A stretch of 64,000 nucleotides of DNA from the human T2T-CHM13v2.0 reference genome, Homo sapiens. The position numbers and the translations under genes were made by a program. The notes under the pieces were generated by a model. It saw only the letters and a program-made list of their open reading frames with translations, was not told where the DNA came from and made no database searches. The DNA lies in the NCBI RefSeq assembly GCF_009914755.1, contig NC_060926.1, one strand, 5' to 3'. This document shows, piece after piece, positions 28,681 to 43,046 of this stretch (position 1 is its first letter; each line of letters opens with the position of its first letter).

Positions 28681-29627
28681 CAGCAGTGATTCTCATTATT
28701 CACAGTAGTTACATTCTGTAAAGTCCCCATGAACACTGAATTTGAGCAAATACTGAACCATTGCTCCTAGGGGATATATAGGGTTAGGTTCCCATAAACT
28801 TCTAGTCACAATATTTTTCTCACCAGATCAGTACATAACCTTGTTTTATGTGTGTGTCTTTTTAAAGACACCTCATTTAATATATGTTGATTCATTAACA
28901 TTGAACTCACAACTAATAGCACTACTATTCGTGCCCAAATGAAGCTTATCCAGCACACGTATTTTCTTCCTAAGGCACCTCACAGCCTTCCTGTGCTTAG
29001 GAACAACAACCAGTTCTTCAGCACTATAGTTGAGGGCCACTTTACACAGCGAAATCTGGTGGCTCATGTCCGTAATCCCAGCACTTTGGGAGGCCGAGAC
29101 AGGTGGATCATGAGGTCAGGAGTTCAAAACCAGCTTGGCCAACATGGTGAAATACCGTCTCTACGAAAAATACAAAGATTAGCCAGGCATGGTGGTGTGC
29201 TCCTATAGTCCCAGCTACTCAGGAGGCTGAGGCAGGAAATTGCTTGAACCTGGGAGGCAGAGGTTGCAGTGAGCCAAGATCACACCACTGCACTCCAGCC
29301 TGGGTGACAGAGTGAGACTGCCTCAAAAAACAAACAAACAAAAAGTGAAATCATTAACAAAAAGCACAAAAATTTGGAAAACATGGCACTAAATAGACCA
29401 CAAAAAGGGCACTTGTTGGCAGTATTGAGAACTGTAACAAGAAGGCATTGTTTCCTTGTTCTACCTTAACTGGGAATATATGCCTTTAGCATCTCATGTT
29501 TTTTGCTCTGAGTATGTGTATTTCTAGAATGACCATAAAAGCACTACAAGTATTCATTTTGGGGTTACAAATACATTTTAACAAGTAGGTGAATTCACAA
29601 ATATGGAATCTGTGAGAATCAATTCTA
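28681..29627. mobile_element. MER82 (TcMar-Tigger), interrupted by a sense AluS (29057-29344)
   Basis: ATACTGAACCATTGCTCCTAGGGG...GGGGTTACAAATACATTTTAACAAGTAGGTGAATTCACAAATATGGAATC; Alu flanked by (C/T)GAAATC. Confidence 0.85.
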
Positions 29628-29856
29628 CAAGTTTTCTGAAAGACAAGATGGCAAGGCTCATGGAAGGGCTTAAAGATATTCATATCCTTTACTCCTGTAA
29701 TTGTTATTCTAGAGATAATCAGTATTCATTATGGGTCACTTACGATGAGGATGTGGAAGATACAGAGAAGTACAAGGCATTTAACATCCAACTGGGTAAT
29801 GGGCTAACAGGCATAAATTGAAGGAAAAGTGAAAGATGTAAACACTGAAACACTAG

Positions 29857-30157
<301 letters not shown>

Positions 30158-30955
30158 CTAGGAAAAATATTTTAAGGAGAAGGCATCATACAGCAATATA
30201 GAAGGCTCTTTGCATTTGTGAAATGGCTTCTCTGTGGGCTAAAACAGGAAGATGGAAGCCCAGTAAGCACGTGCACCCATGGGCGCACGCATACACACAT
30301 GCTCACACCAGGCTTGTCCTTCCACAGAGCTTTTTCCACTTCTCCCCCACTACTACCACCTGTGCCTTCAACTGGCTCATTGGCTAATAAGAGCCACAAG
30401 TAGGCGTGAAGGGCTAGTAGGCAATTTCATAGTGTAACCAGTTGGTAGAAAGTATACAGACAGTATTTTTGGGCCAGATCGTTTCTGGGATTGCTGATAG
30501 GAATAAGGTACACGACTTTAACTTTGTTTGGTAATATGCCACCCCTGTCCTCTCTGTCCTGGGGCCCAGGGAACAAAGAGACTTTCTGCTCTTGGTTAGG
30601 TGAGAGGTGCAGTGGTCTGCTCATGATTATTTGCAGTATTCATTTCCTAGCATTTGATACAGACTCTGTATGTACCAGAGAAGTTCTGCCGTCACAGCAG
30701 GGTGGAAACCCAGAGTTAACCAGGACAGGCTTTGTGGAGGCACTGAGCCCTGAGTGGGATGTCTTGGTCTAAATAGAGGAAAATGGTGGCTCAGTGGCCG
30801 CTCTTGATTTTATTATTAGAACATGTGATGAAAAGCTTTTTGTTTTTCTGCTTTTAAGCTCATTCTTGATAAGGTGAGGACAAACCAAACATTTTCCTAG
30901 GGTGAGCCAAGTCTGAATCTGCTGTGTAATCTCAGTCATGCTGCTTATTTCACAG

Positions 30956-31103
30956 GACTCTGTGTGGGGGATGAACCACAGTACACTCCATTCAGTATTT
31001 CAGACCAATCAAAGCAACAACCAACAATCCAATTTTGAGGCTGTGCAGAGTGGCAAGAAGAAGAAAAAGCAGAAGATGGTCCGAGCAGATCCCAGTTTAT
31101 TAG
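30956..31103 (+). CDS. GIGYF2: GIGYF2 penultimate coding exon (DSVWGMNHST...GKKKKKQKMVRADPSLL)
   Basis: CAG acceptor, TAG|GTGAGC donor, 148 nt, phase 0/1. Confidence 0.96.
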
Positions 31104-31315
31104 GTGAGCACGGTCCTAGTCTCAGCTGAGTGTTGGAGGAGTGCAGGTGATACCAGTTATCCTGTGTGAGTTTCCATTGAGCATTGTTTTTCAAGAAGGG
31201 AAATATTTCTTTTTATCAATAACTAATGTTTTAACTGGTTCAAAATAAGTAGCCAGTATTTACTGGGCGTCTCAGTGCAGGACCTGTGCCTCATGTAATA
31301 ACAACTTATATTGTA

Positions 31316-31357
31316 TGGTGCTTTAAAGTATTGTTTGGTGCTTTAAAGTATTGTTTG
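31316..31357. repeat. Perfect 20-bp tandem duplication
   Basis: TGGTGCTTTAAAGTATTGTT x2. Confidence 0.92.
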
Positions 31358-31748
31358 ATATTTAATATGAATTTCCCTGGAGGATCCTGAGTAATTTAGT
31401 TGGAAAATGATGCTAATAATGAACGATACTAAAAGTATGTTAAAAACTTAAATGCTTATTTGTATTGAAAACAGACCATTAATCCGATCAGGTGTTCCAA
31501 GAAGAGAACCAGTATATGTTCATAATCACTCTATGTATCATATAATTCTCAGAATTACTTTGCATTATGAGGTGACATACCAGTTTCACCAATAATGAGT
31601 AGACCAAGGCACAGAGATTCAGAACATTTCCCAGTGTTACATAGCTTTCTGCTATGGGATGCTGGGATTTCAAGGCAGGCCTGTTTTCTTTCCACCCTTC
31701 TGTGTTACCCACGGCTATTTTTATCTAGCATTATGGACCATGCAAGGC

Positions 31749-31982
31749 AGGCTGGGCACGGTGGCTCACTTTGGGAAGCTGAGGTAGGTGGGTCACTTGA
31801 GGCCAGGAGTTTGAGACCAGCTGGGGTAACGTAGCGAGACCATATCTCTAAAAAAAATTTTAAAAACAGGCATGGTGGTGCCCACCTATAGTCCCAGCTA
31901 CTTGGGAGAATGAGGCAGGGGGATTCCTTGACCAGGAGTTGAAGGCTGCAGTGAGCTGTGATCATGCCACTGCACTCTAGCT
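31749..31982 (+). mobile_element. AluJ (deleted, tail-less)
   Basis: Sense Alu. Confidence 0.8.
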
Positions 31983-32107
31983 TCTCTGAAAAGGTGACAT
32001 CTGAATTTGGGCTTTGAAAGAATGGCAGAAAGGATGGGGAATATTGTTTCAGGAATAACAAACAGTATAGGCTGCCCATGTTTTTTGCAACAGTGATGAA
32101 ACTAACA

Positions 32108-32413
<306 letters not shown>

Positions 32414-32957
32414 CTAAAATTATTTTCTATTTGTGAATGTAAAATTAGTGGCTATAAAACCATGTTGTCTGCAATAGAATACATTCGCAAGGATGGAAGT
32501 TCCGGTTGTTGTCCTGTCAGGAGGGCAGAACAGTGAGGAGGCTGCAGTATAGACTAGGTAAAAGATACCAGTGACTTGGAATAGGGTTTTGGTAGTGGGG
32601 ATGAAAAGGAGTTAGATGGATTTCAGAAATGTAGGGGATAGAATTAACTGGACAAGAAGAGTGGAAAGGTCTCAGGCTTGGGGACCAGGATGGATGGATG
32701 GTGTTGCCATTTGCTGTGAAATGATAAGCAGTGGAACATGGCACAGGCTGAGGGGAATTGAGTGTTGACTGGGTTGAGTTTGAAATGTCTGTGGGACATC
32801 ATGAAGAGCGTGAGACCCCGCACAGTGAGAGGCAGGTGGTAACCTTACTGTACCCTTGGTAGGATTCTCTCTTTCCCTCAGAGCCTTCCAGCCCTGGTGA
32901 AAACAACATGACAGTAAAACCTAACTTTTAGGACTGTCCTTTAGAATTGGTGCCTGA

Positions 32958-33255
<298 letters not shown>

Positions 33256-34048
33256 TTAAAATAATAATGTTTAAAATATTATTTAAAAATAATAACAAAG
33301 AATTGGTGCCTGAAAGCTGGGTTTGGGAACTTGTAGATCTGGTGCAATTCTGTTTTCCTCTGCTTGTCTCAAAAGTTGATAAGGATGGATGGAGCAGCCT
33401 GAAATTTTTTCCAATTTGGATGAAATTGGTGAATAGATTTTAAAACATTCCTTAAATTCTAACTGTGGGTTCTAGCTAAGAAGCTTTGGGACTTGAGGAT
33501 AGGCTGTTAGGGAAAAGGTTGCTCTGAAAATGAGGTCAGACCGTTTGGACTTAAATATTCCCTTGGATCTCATCTTCTATTTATAGATCTAAGAAAGGAA
33601 GGGACTTTAAAAACCTCACTATAAGGGTGTGGGAGATAGGTCATCCTAGGAGTAGAGTTTAAGGAATCCATATACCTTGAAGGGGAAGAAAAACAAACGT
33701 TGAACAAAGTATTGAGGATACTCACTGAGGTTATGAAAATTACTGCTCACCTAAACCTCACTCTGGAAATTCCTCTCATAATTGCTCATTTTTGTCCTAT
33801 ACTTATTTCATTTTCATTTATTACTTTTTAATTTACATATTTCATATAATTTGTATACTGAGAAAAAATTAATAACTATCCATTAGCTACACATTCCCCA
33901 TGCATAAAATGGGAAAATGGGAAGTCTTCGTTGAAAAAGCAGTCACTGATGGAAAGAGAATTTTGCTTCTAAAACAAACCAGCAGAGGGGGCCACAGCCT
34001 CATTTTAATTATCAATATTCTCCAGTATCTCCTATCTTCAGTAGGCTT

Positions 34049-34263
34049 CCTCCACCTCCCGGGTTCAAGTGATTTCCCCTGCCTCAGCCTCCCGAGTGCT
34101 GGGACTACAGGTGCGTGCCACCACGCCAGCTACTTTTTGTATTTTAGTAGAGATGGGGTTTCACCATGTTGGCCCGGATGGTCTTGATCTCCTGACCTCG
34201 TGATCTGCCCGCCTTGGCCTGCCAAAGTGCTGGGATTATAAGGGTGAGCCACCGTGCCCGGCT
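34049..34263 (-). mobile_element. AluS lacking its 3' end
   Basis: Antisense partial dimer. Confidence 0.85.
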
Positions 34264-34880
34264 GGCTTCCTCTTTTTTTAGAGCTCTTCAGGTGGTCATT
34301 GTGAATCAGCAACCTGCACTCAGATGTGATAAACACACAATACAGTTTCTCCCCAGACTTTCCTTGTAAGAACAACCTCACAAATCTTAAAGAACTCATG
34401 TGAGTGAGACTATGCTCTGAGCCTCACAGAATGTCATCTTTAGAGCCAGGCATAGTGGATTGAATCCGTGTTTGTGTTGCCTTGGGTTTCACAGTACCCA
34501 GAACTTTCCCTTACATCAAATGGCTGAATTTGATAAAGAATGGCATTCAGCCAAAGGATGAATGCATACCTTGCTGGTTTTTTAAATGACAGTTAAATGA
34601 GAATATGTCTGTTTGCTAAAAGCCTAGACTGATAATTAACATATTAATCAACTTTTTTTGGCCACAGACTTTTCCCTTCCTGTCTTTGCATGAGTAAAAT
34701 TAATTTAGCTTTTAAATTACACTTCCACTTCTTTTGCATATAGTTCATTATTGCCTTTTATCACATTTTATCTGTTCTTAAGATACACATGAAGTCAATG
34801 AAAAATCTGCCTCAGAATAAAGTAGTATTTTATTTCATAGACTGGCCTTTAGGTTCTTGTACTTGCCTAATTAACTGTTA

Positions 34881-35285
<405 letters not shown>

Positions 35286-35748
35286 TCAAACTCAGGATGG
35301 GGTTTGGAATCCTAGCCTCTCCCTATATTTGGTCTTGTAAGCAGTTGGTACCACAGCTTTTTTGGTTAATAAATAGGCATGTTTATTTTTTTGAATCATG
35401 ATATTTTTGAGTCAGTTAATTAAGGTATTTTATGTAAGGCATTTTTGTTTATTACTGTTACATTTCAAATGTGTATTTATTTGAAAACTTGAACATTAAA
35501 AAACAAGAGGCTGCAGAAAACCCAGCTAATATTAACAGAACTGCTTTTAGAATAAGGACATTGCCTGTTTACTTTTTGGTATTCAAATAACTAAAACAGT
35601 TTGGGATTTTATTCAAGGTAGAAGAACTGGAACATTTTTGGGGAGTCACTCAGTTTAAAGAGGCATTGTTCATCATTTTTATCAACCTCCAATTATAGAA
35701 GTTTTGGAAAAATTACATACATGTGACCATTGGGCATTCGGCATTAGG

Positions 35749-36047
35749 TTTTCTTTTTTTCTTTTTCTTTCTTTTTTTTTTTTTTTTTTTTGAGACAAGG
35801 TCTCACTCTGTTGCCCAGGCTGGAGTGCAGTGATGTTATCTCAGCTCACTAAAATCTCTGCCTCCTGGGTTCAAGCAATTCTTGTGCCTCAGCTTCCCGA
35901 GTAGCTGGGATTACAGGCGTGCAGTGCCACGCCCAGCTAATGTTTTGTATTTTGAGTAGCGACAGGTTTTTGCCATGTTGGCCAGTCTGGTCTCTAACTC
36001 CTGGCCTCAAGTAATCCACCCACCTCGGCCTCCAGTGTGCCCAGCCA
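35749..36047 (-). mobile_element. AluS
   Basis: Antisense dimer; TSD GCATTAGGTTTTC. Confidence 0.88.
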
Positions 36048-36508
36048 GCATTAGGTTTTCAGCTGTCAGTTGTGTTTGTGAGTACTGCTTATTGCCTTCA
36101 ATGGGTATGCTAGTACTGCTTTTTCTAAGCCAAATTCCCTTTTGGTTAATCAAACATTGCTAACTGAAATCTTTTCCTTTGCAGATATATTTACAGTAGA
36201 TCGAGTTAGAGTACTTTAATCTTCTTGCTCTGTCTACTGTGGGAAAGAGAATATGCGAGTACTCTAAGGATCTTAATAGTGTGTCTTCCATGGAGCCTCT
36301 TACCCTGAGTATCAAAAGCTCTGGGCCAGAACTTTCATAAAGTTTTTGACTGGTGGGAAGAAGTATTCCCATTAAAGTGGGTTGAGGTTTAAAGGGGTAT
36401 TAATCCCACTCAGATTTCAAAGTTATGTGGTCAAGTAGTTACAAAGAACTTAGTGTATACAACCCTCCATGGTAACCCCCCTGCCCACCCCCATCTCTTT
36501 TAAGGTAG

Positions 36509-36917
<409 letters not shown>

Positions 36918-37093
36918 TGCAGTTCTTTTTAATTGGTGATGCTATTTTGTTTTATTTTCCTTCCTAATTAGGTTATATCAGAACCTTAAGAAAATAAAAA
37001 ATCTCTCTCATTGGAAGAACAGAAAGCTACTGCTGTGACCTTTATCTTTGTCTCCCTGTAATACTTCTATGGTATGCTCAAAAACAAAAGACT

Positions 37094-37390
37094 GGCCAGG
37101 CACGTTGGCTGACGCCTGTAATCCCAGCAATTTGGGAGGCCGAGGCGGGCGGATCATTTGAGGTCAGGAGTTCAAGACCAGACTGGCCAACATGGTGAAA
37201 CCCTATCTCTACTAAAAATACAAAAAAAATGAGACGGGCATGGTGGCATGTGTCTGTAATCCAGCTACTTGGGAGTCTACGGCATGAGAATCTCTTGAAC
37301 CCAGGAGGTGGAGCTTGCTGTGAGCCGAGATCACGCCACTGCACTCCAGCCTGGGTGACAGAGTGAAACCCTGTCTCACAAACAAACAAA
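37094..37390 (+). mobile_element. AluS
   Basis: Sense dimer with (CAAA)n tail ending ~90 nt before the last GIGYF2 acceptor. Confidence 0.9.
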
Positions 37391-37478
37391 CACAGACTTA
37401 CATTCCAGCTCACCGCCTAGAATTTGAGCCACTTGGTTGCCTGGGTGTGGTCACTCATAGCCAGTTTTTTTTCTGCAG

Positions 37479-37546
37479 GATTTTCAGTCAATGCATCATC
37501 GGAGCGACTCAACATGGGTGAAATCGAGACGTTGGATGACTACTGA
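37479..37546 (+). CDS. GIGYF2: GIGYF2 terminal coding exon (GFSVNASSERLNMGEIETLDDY*)
   Basis: T-tract + CTGCAG acceptor, phase 1, TGA at 37544-37546. Confidence 0.96.
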
Positions 37547-39275
37547 GCACCTGCCAGTGGACTGGCCATCCCTCTCCTGTCTGCCGACTATGGAGTCTCC
37601 ACCTTTGGACACAACACTTACTCACCATTTACTCTTTATCACTCTGCAACAAATCACAGAACCGATCATCTCAGGCTTTTTCTTCTGGCCCTTTGTGTCC
37701 AAGATTCTTTAATCCATTTTTGTTGGTGAACATCTCAGACTATAGATAAGTGGACTGGACCCTGTGTCTTGGGGGTGGCAGTTGGGATTACTCCCCAACA
37801 AGGCTGATTTTAGGCAGCATGTGTTCACTGTGCTGTGATTTCATCTACTGTCTCCCAGAAAGTGTGTTGGGATCGGCCATTAGCAGCTTGCTTTCTCTTG
37901 TCACTTTTTTTCTTCTATTTTGTTTTTTCTTCTTCTTTTTCCCCCCATCAGGGCAAATGGTCTAACTGGTGCAATCATGAAGAGAGTTAATGGTTAACAG
38001 ACATTGGCCAATAACAAAACACCCCATGGACTGTGACTCGAGTATCCAACAGGCAGTCAGAGCTCTCCCGGTCTGAAAGTTGCATTGCCACTGCTAACTT
38101 TGGGATTGCATCAGAGAGGCCCTGAGTGGGGTTGAGATGAGGTTGGTTTGGTTTGATGTTACACACTCCTCACCTGTTCTTTCTGAGTGTCCTTTCTCTG
38201 AAAGGATTTATGTTTTTCTTCGTTAGATAGTGACTTCTGAGCAAGCTGATCTCCCCTGGCATGCTCCAACCTGATTGGACAAAGGAAGCTCTATGGCCTG
38301 GGAGAGAGACTATTCTTAATTTTTCTTTCTTACAAAAACTGATTTTTCCCATAAATATTTTTACTTCAGAGGACTAGGACCATTTTGTTTTGGGCCCTTC
38401 TGCTGAAAATTTGTCTCGTTTAAGAGGCAGCTAGAATCTTTACCATATGTATGAATTTGTATAATTTCATTTTTGGATAGGGATAAACTTTTGCTTCTGA
38501 TAAAAGCCTGGAATTTCATCTGGTCCTCAGAGCATTGCGTGTGTGTCTTGCTGTAGCCCGGAAAAGGTTTTGTGTAAAGATTCTGGGATGGCAAGTTGTT
38601 TGCCTTTTCTGAAAAGAGAACATACAGAACCTGTCCATCTTTAAGACCTTCATCCATGGAATCTACTATACAGGAGGATGCAGTGGGCTGGAGGGGATGG
38701 GCGAAAATGGGAGCAGGAAGCCTGGCCTGGCTTCTGGTCATGGCCTCCTAAAACCTTAAACTTCAAGTAGAAATGTACTCAAGCCCTATTTATAAACAAA
38801 TACTTTTCCTGCCTCCACCAAACCCCTACAGAACATCACCTGGAATTGCCACTCACACTGGGTTGGAGTCATTGGGCAGCTGTGCCTGTGCGAGAGGTGC
38901 TGTGGTCTGGGCAGCCCCTGGAAAAGCACCTTTGCTGCCTGTCATTGTTGCCTGAAGAAGGCTGGAGTTGCTCTGAGAGCAGTTTGGGTTTGGAGTATTA
39001 TATTTGGCTTCTATTTTTATTATTTTGGATCACCATTCTCCCTATCCCTTCTTGCCTCCCTCCCTTCTAAACATGTGTAATAACTATACAGAGACTGCTA
39101 CAAAATTGTATATAGTTTTTGGATCAAATAGCATGAGGGGAGAGGAAACCATTAAAAATTGGGGCTCCTACTCTCCTTTGCTTTGTAAATTCAAAAGTTG
39201 GGGGTGGGTAAGAGGGATAGTTAAAATGTTTACAAAACTTTAGGCTCCCTCGGAACTTTTGCCAGTGTGGAGGAA

Positions 39276-39297
39276 AATAAAAAAGAACTTAAATAAA
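39276..39297 (+). terminator. GIGYF2: Tandem AATAAA poly(A) signals, GIGYF2 proximal site
   Basis: AATAAA at 39276-39281 and 39292-39297, ~1.75 kb after the stop. Confidence 0.8.
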
Positions 39298-39966
39298 ATC
39301 TGATTGTATTCTATCTGAGTGCACCTCTTGTACTCACCTTTATGGAGGCTGAGTTCTGCACTAAACTGTTCCTCTTGGTACCATGGAAAAGCTCCAAGCA
39401 CCCAAGACATGGAGGCAGCCATGGCTTCTTTCTCTGCCAGACCACGTAGCACTGGCTGGTTCTGTATTTGAGAATGTAGAGGTCAAGGCAGATGTCGGTA
39501 AGTTTGACCAAATATCTTTTCTCTTTTTGACTCTCCCTTTCTGCTAACATGTGGATCAGCTCCTGCCCTCATACCGCAGACACACCCACTCTGAACACAC
39601 CCCTCCAGAGCTTGCCCACACCTTCCCAACTAGACTCTGTGTGTGTATTCAGGAAAAATGAAAATAAATTTTTAAAAATTGGGAGTGGAATGGGCAGATT
39701 AGGGGGAACAAAGTCATTTTGGTCATGGAACATCCATTTGCTTAACCAAGGAGACTTGCTTCTATCTGAGGAATTTCCCACTTAGTAGAAAGAAACACTC
39801 TTCCCTGGGAATGTTTGTTTCTGTCTCTCTCAATGCTACTCTCTTTCATATTCTCATTTGCTCACCCTTTCACTTAGAGCCACCGTTTTCTCATCCCATT
39901 CTATGAACTTATTTCCAAATTCTCCTAACTATTCCTGAGTTTTGAAGTATTTGTTTTGTACCCTCT

Positions 39967-40982
39967 CTGCTTCCGGTTTTTTGTTTGGTTGGCTTTTTTG
40001 GAGATAGGGTCTTGTGATGTTGCCCACACTGGTCTCGAGCCCCTGGGCTCAAGTGATCCTCCCGCCTCAGCCTCCTAAATATCTAGGACTACAGGTGTGT
40101 GCCACCATGCCCAGCTCCAGTTTTGTTGGTTGATTTGTTTAAATTCAGAGATTTAAAAACATCCCAGACAAGACAGTTTGATTATGGAGACTGTCCCCAA
40201 GCAGATTGGTGTGCTGGTGGCTGCTGTGCATAACAGATTCCCTCCAGATTGGCTTACAACAGCTACTTCATTCTGTGGGTCAGGAATTTGGATAGGGCTC
40301 AGCTGGGTGGTGGTTCTCCTGGGGTATTCTTTGGTTGTGGTCAGATGTCTTCCAGGGCATCATTCCTATGAAGGCTTAATGAATTAGGCAAGCTGTCCAA
40401 GATGGCTCACTCGTGTAATGACAGTTGACGTTGGCTGTAGGCTGGGAACTCAGCTGGGTTGATGACTGGAGGAGCTTATGTGTGTCGTCTCCGGAATGGC
40501 AGCTTCAGAGGGGTTGAACTTAAGTGGTGATTGGCTTCCCCCAGAGAACCAGGCAGAAGCTGTGTTACCTTTTTGAGCTCTTAGCTCAGGAGTCACATAG
40601 AGTCACTTCTGTGACACTGTGTTGCATCAAAGTAGTCACAAACCCACTCAGATTCAAGAGAAGGGAGCATGGCCCTCTCCCTGCAACCCCCTCCCCCCCC
40701 GCCTTGATGAAAGGAGTGACAAGGTCACATTGGAGAAGAGCTTGTGGGGTGGGAGATATTATAGCCATTTTTGGGAAATATCTGCATAAAATGAGTTTAT
40801 GCATACATGAAGGACTTTATTTTCATTGGCTTTAAGTTGAGGGTTTTTGTTTTTGTTTTTGTATTGGAGATGGGTTCTTACTATGTTGCCCAGGCTGGTC
40901 TCAAACCCCTGGGCTCAAGTGATCCTGTTGCCTCAGCCTCCCAAGTAGCTGGGACTACAGCTATGTGCCAGTGCACCCAGCT
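39967..40982. mobile_element. Two antisense Alu monomers (39967-40116, 40844-40982) flanking an MLT1-type MaLR LTR (~40210-40790)
   Basis: Monomer sequence; TCTGTGGGTCAGGAATTTGG..GGGCTCAGCTGGG..TCCAAGATGGCTCACTC. Confidence 0.75.
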
Positions 40983-41238
40983 TGTTTTTTTTAAATTTTA
41001 GGATAGATAATGGTACTTCTGGCTTTATTTAAATAATTTTTTTAGGGAAACCATTGTATTTATACATGCATATATTTTTATATATACAAATATGTATATA
41101 AAAGTATATGTTTTACATTTTCAATATATATATAATATATACATATATGTTATATACGTATATATATTGCACCCTACTTTAAAATTGACTGATAACAAAA
41201 TTGGTAATTTTGTATAAAATGCCCAACTGTGCATTATT

Positions 41239-41268
41239 AATAAAAGTATGTGAATGACTCTAATTAAA
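41239..41268 (+). terminator. GIGYF2: Candidate distal GIGYF2 poly(A) signals
   Basis: AATAAA 41239-41244 and ATTAAA 41263-41268 after a TGTA-rich AT region. Confidence 0.55.
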
Positions 41269-42029
41269 CAGAAGTGATTCTTTGAAATGAACATATTCTG
41301 TACTGTCCTTCCAATATGTGACGTAGATCATTTTCAACAAAGTAGCAGGCAAGCGCATTCTACAGAGAGTAAAGTACAATCAGAGCACATTCCAAATGGA
41401 AGTTGGCCTTATAGTTAATGAGTTTCTTAGAACAACAAAAGCCCAGCTATGAAGGGTGACTTTGGTCCTGCGTGAGTTCAGTCTCTGGTGAGGAAGCTGC
41501 AATGCTTTCTAAGACTCTGGAGAGTCTGGGAACCTTGAAGCAGCCAGATGCGTGATAGTTATTTGCAGGTGTTGCCTGAGAACGATGGACACGTATAGCT
41601 TTTGGTAGTGCTGGTTTTGGACTGGGAACCTAAAACCTTCAAGAGGACAGTTTCCCTCCAAAGAATTAATCAGTGGGAATGTTTTGCAACAAAAGTGTCA
41701 ACCATAGCAGTGGGGCACCACATGGGAGAAACAGCATATAGATGCTGGCAAGGAAGAAGTGGGCTCTTTACCTAACAGCTGATCTTCGACCTAAAAGTTG
41801 TCATTGCGTTCCCTTTCATTGCTGCCAAAGCGATGACATCATGGGGATGGAATTCATGATCACCTCCACACTTGGTTCAATCCAGCTGATATAACAAGCA
41901 GAGACATCACCTCTTAAAGACTGTTTACTTGTCCCCCAATTGTAGGAGTGGAAGGTTAGTTTCCCTTGGCAGCAAATTGCCTTTTTATTTGAATTTCTCC
42001 TTTAGCATGAGAAATGCTCCTGGGAATGG

Positions 42030-42492
42030 TCAGTGGGTCGGTATTGGGTTTGGTTGCATCTGACAAAATACAAAGTCAACAGTGACAATAAAATCACTTA
42101 TTTTCAAGTGAAATAGGTCGTAGGTCCAAGGCTTGTGGGGTGGCCCACGGACCCAGATTCTGTTTCAGCATCCTGATTGTGGCTTTCTTCTGACTCGTGA
42201 TCCAAGGTGACTGTTACAGCACCAGCCATCATGCCTATATTCCAGGCAGGAGGAAGGAGTGGGGTGAGGCAAACAGCACACCTTCCTACTCAGCCCTGTT
42301 TAAGGAGCTTTTTGGGGAGCGCTATCCAACATCTTAAGTCTTACCAGCCAGAATGTAGATACATAACTACAGTTAGTTGTGGAAGCTTTGGGATTTTAGT
42401 TGAGTGCTATCATCCCCAAATGTCATTGGGATCCTGTTACTGAGAAATTGGGAAAACGGATGCTACATTGGCAGTTGCAGTCTCTACCACAT
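42030..42492. mobile_element. LTR33-like ERVL LTR
   Basis: CCAAGGTGACTGTTACAGCACCAGCCATCATGCCTATATTCCAGGCAGGAGGAAGG. Confidence 0.6.
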
Positions 42493-42724
42493 CCTCTGCA
42501 GTCTTCTGTTTTAAAGTGGGAAACGTGGGATGGTTTGTGCACACTGATCATGGGAAAAGAGTCCTCGTGGGTACCCTAGTTTTGCCTGTGGACTGAGGAT
42601 CTCAGGCTTTCCCAATGGGGGGACTCAGCAAGCTCTGGTTTCTGTTGCTGTGCAGAGCTAGGGACCCAGAGCAGGTGTCAGTGACCCAGCCTTACTGTGT
42701 ATTTTATTTCCTAATTCTACATAG

Positions 42725-43046
<322 letters not shown>

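Larger units (their letters stand above)
37547..41290 (+). other. GIGYF2: GIGYF2 3'UTR (proximal end ~39315; distal extension to ~41260-41290)
   Basis: Repeat-free unique sequence after the stop to ~39.9 kb; AATAAA clusters at 39276/39292 and 41239; cleavage positions inferred. Confidence 0.7.

Noticed and set aside
36425-36478. Patchy resemblance to Y4 RNA (AGAACTTAGTGTATACAACCCTCCA)
   Set aside because: Needs several large gaps and lacks the terminal stem and tail; probably chance.
41300-41920. Non-repetitive-looking block downstream of the GIGYF2 3' end
   Set aside because: No ORF, splice structure or repeat family recognisable by eye; needs a Dfam and conservation check.
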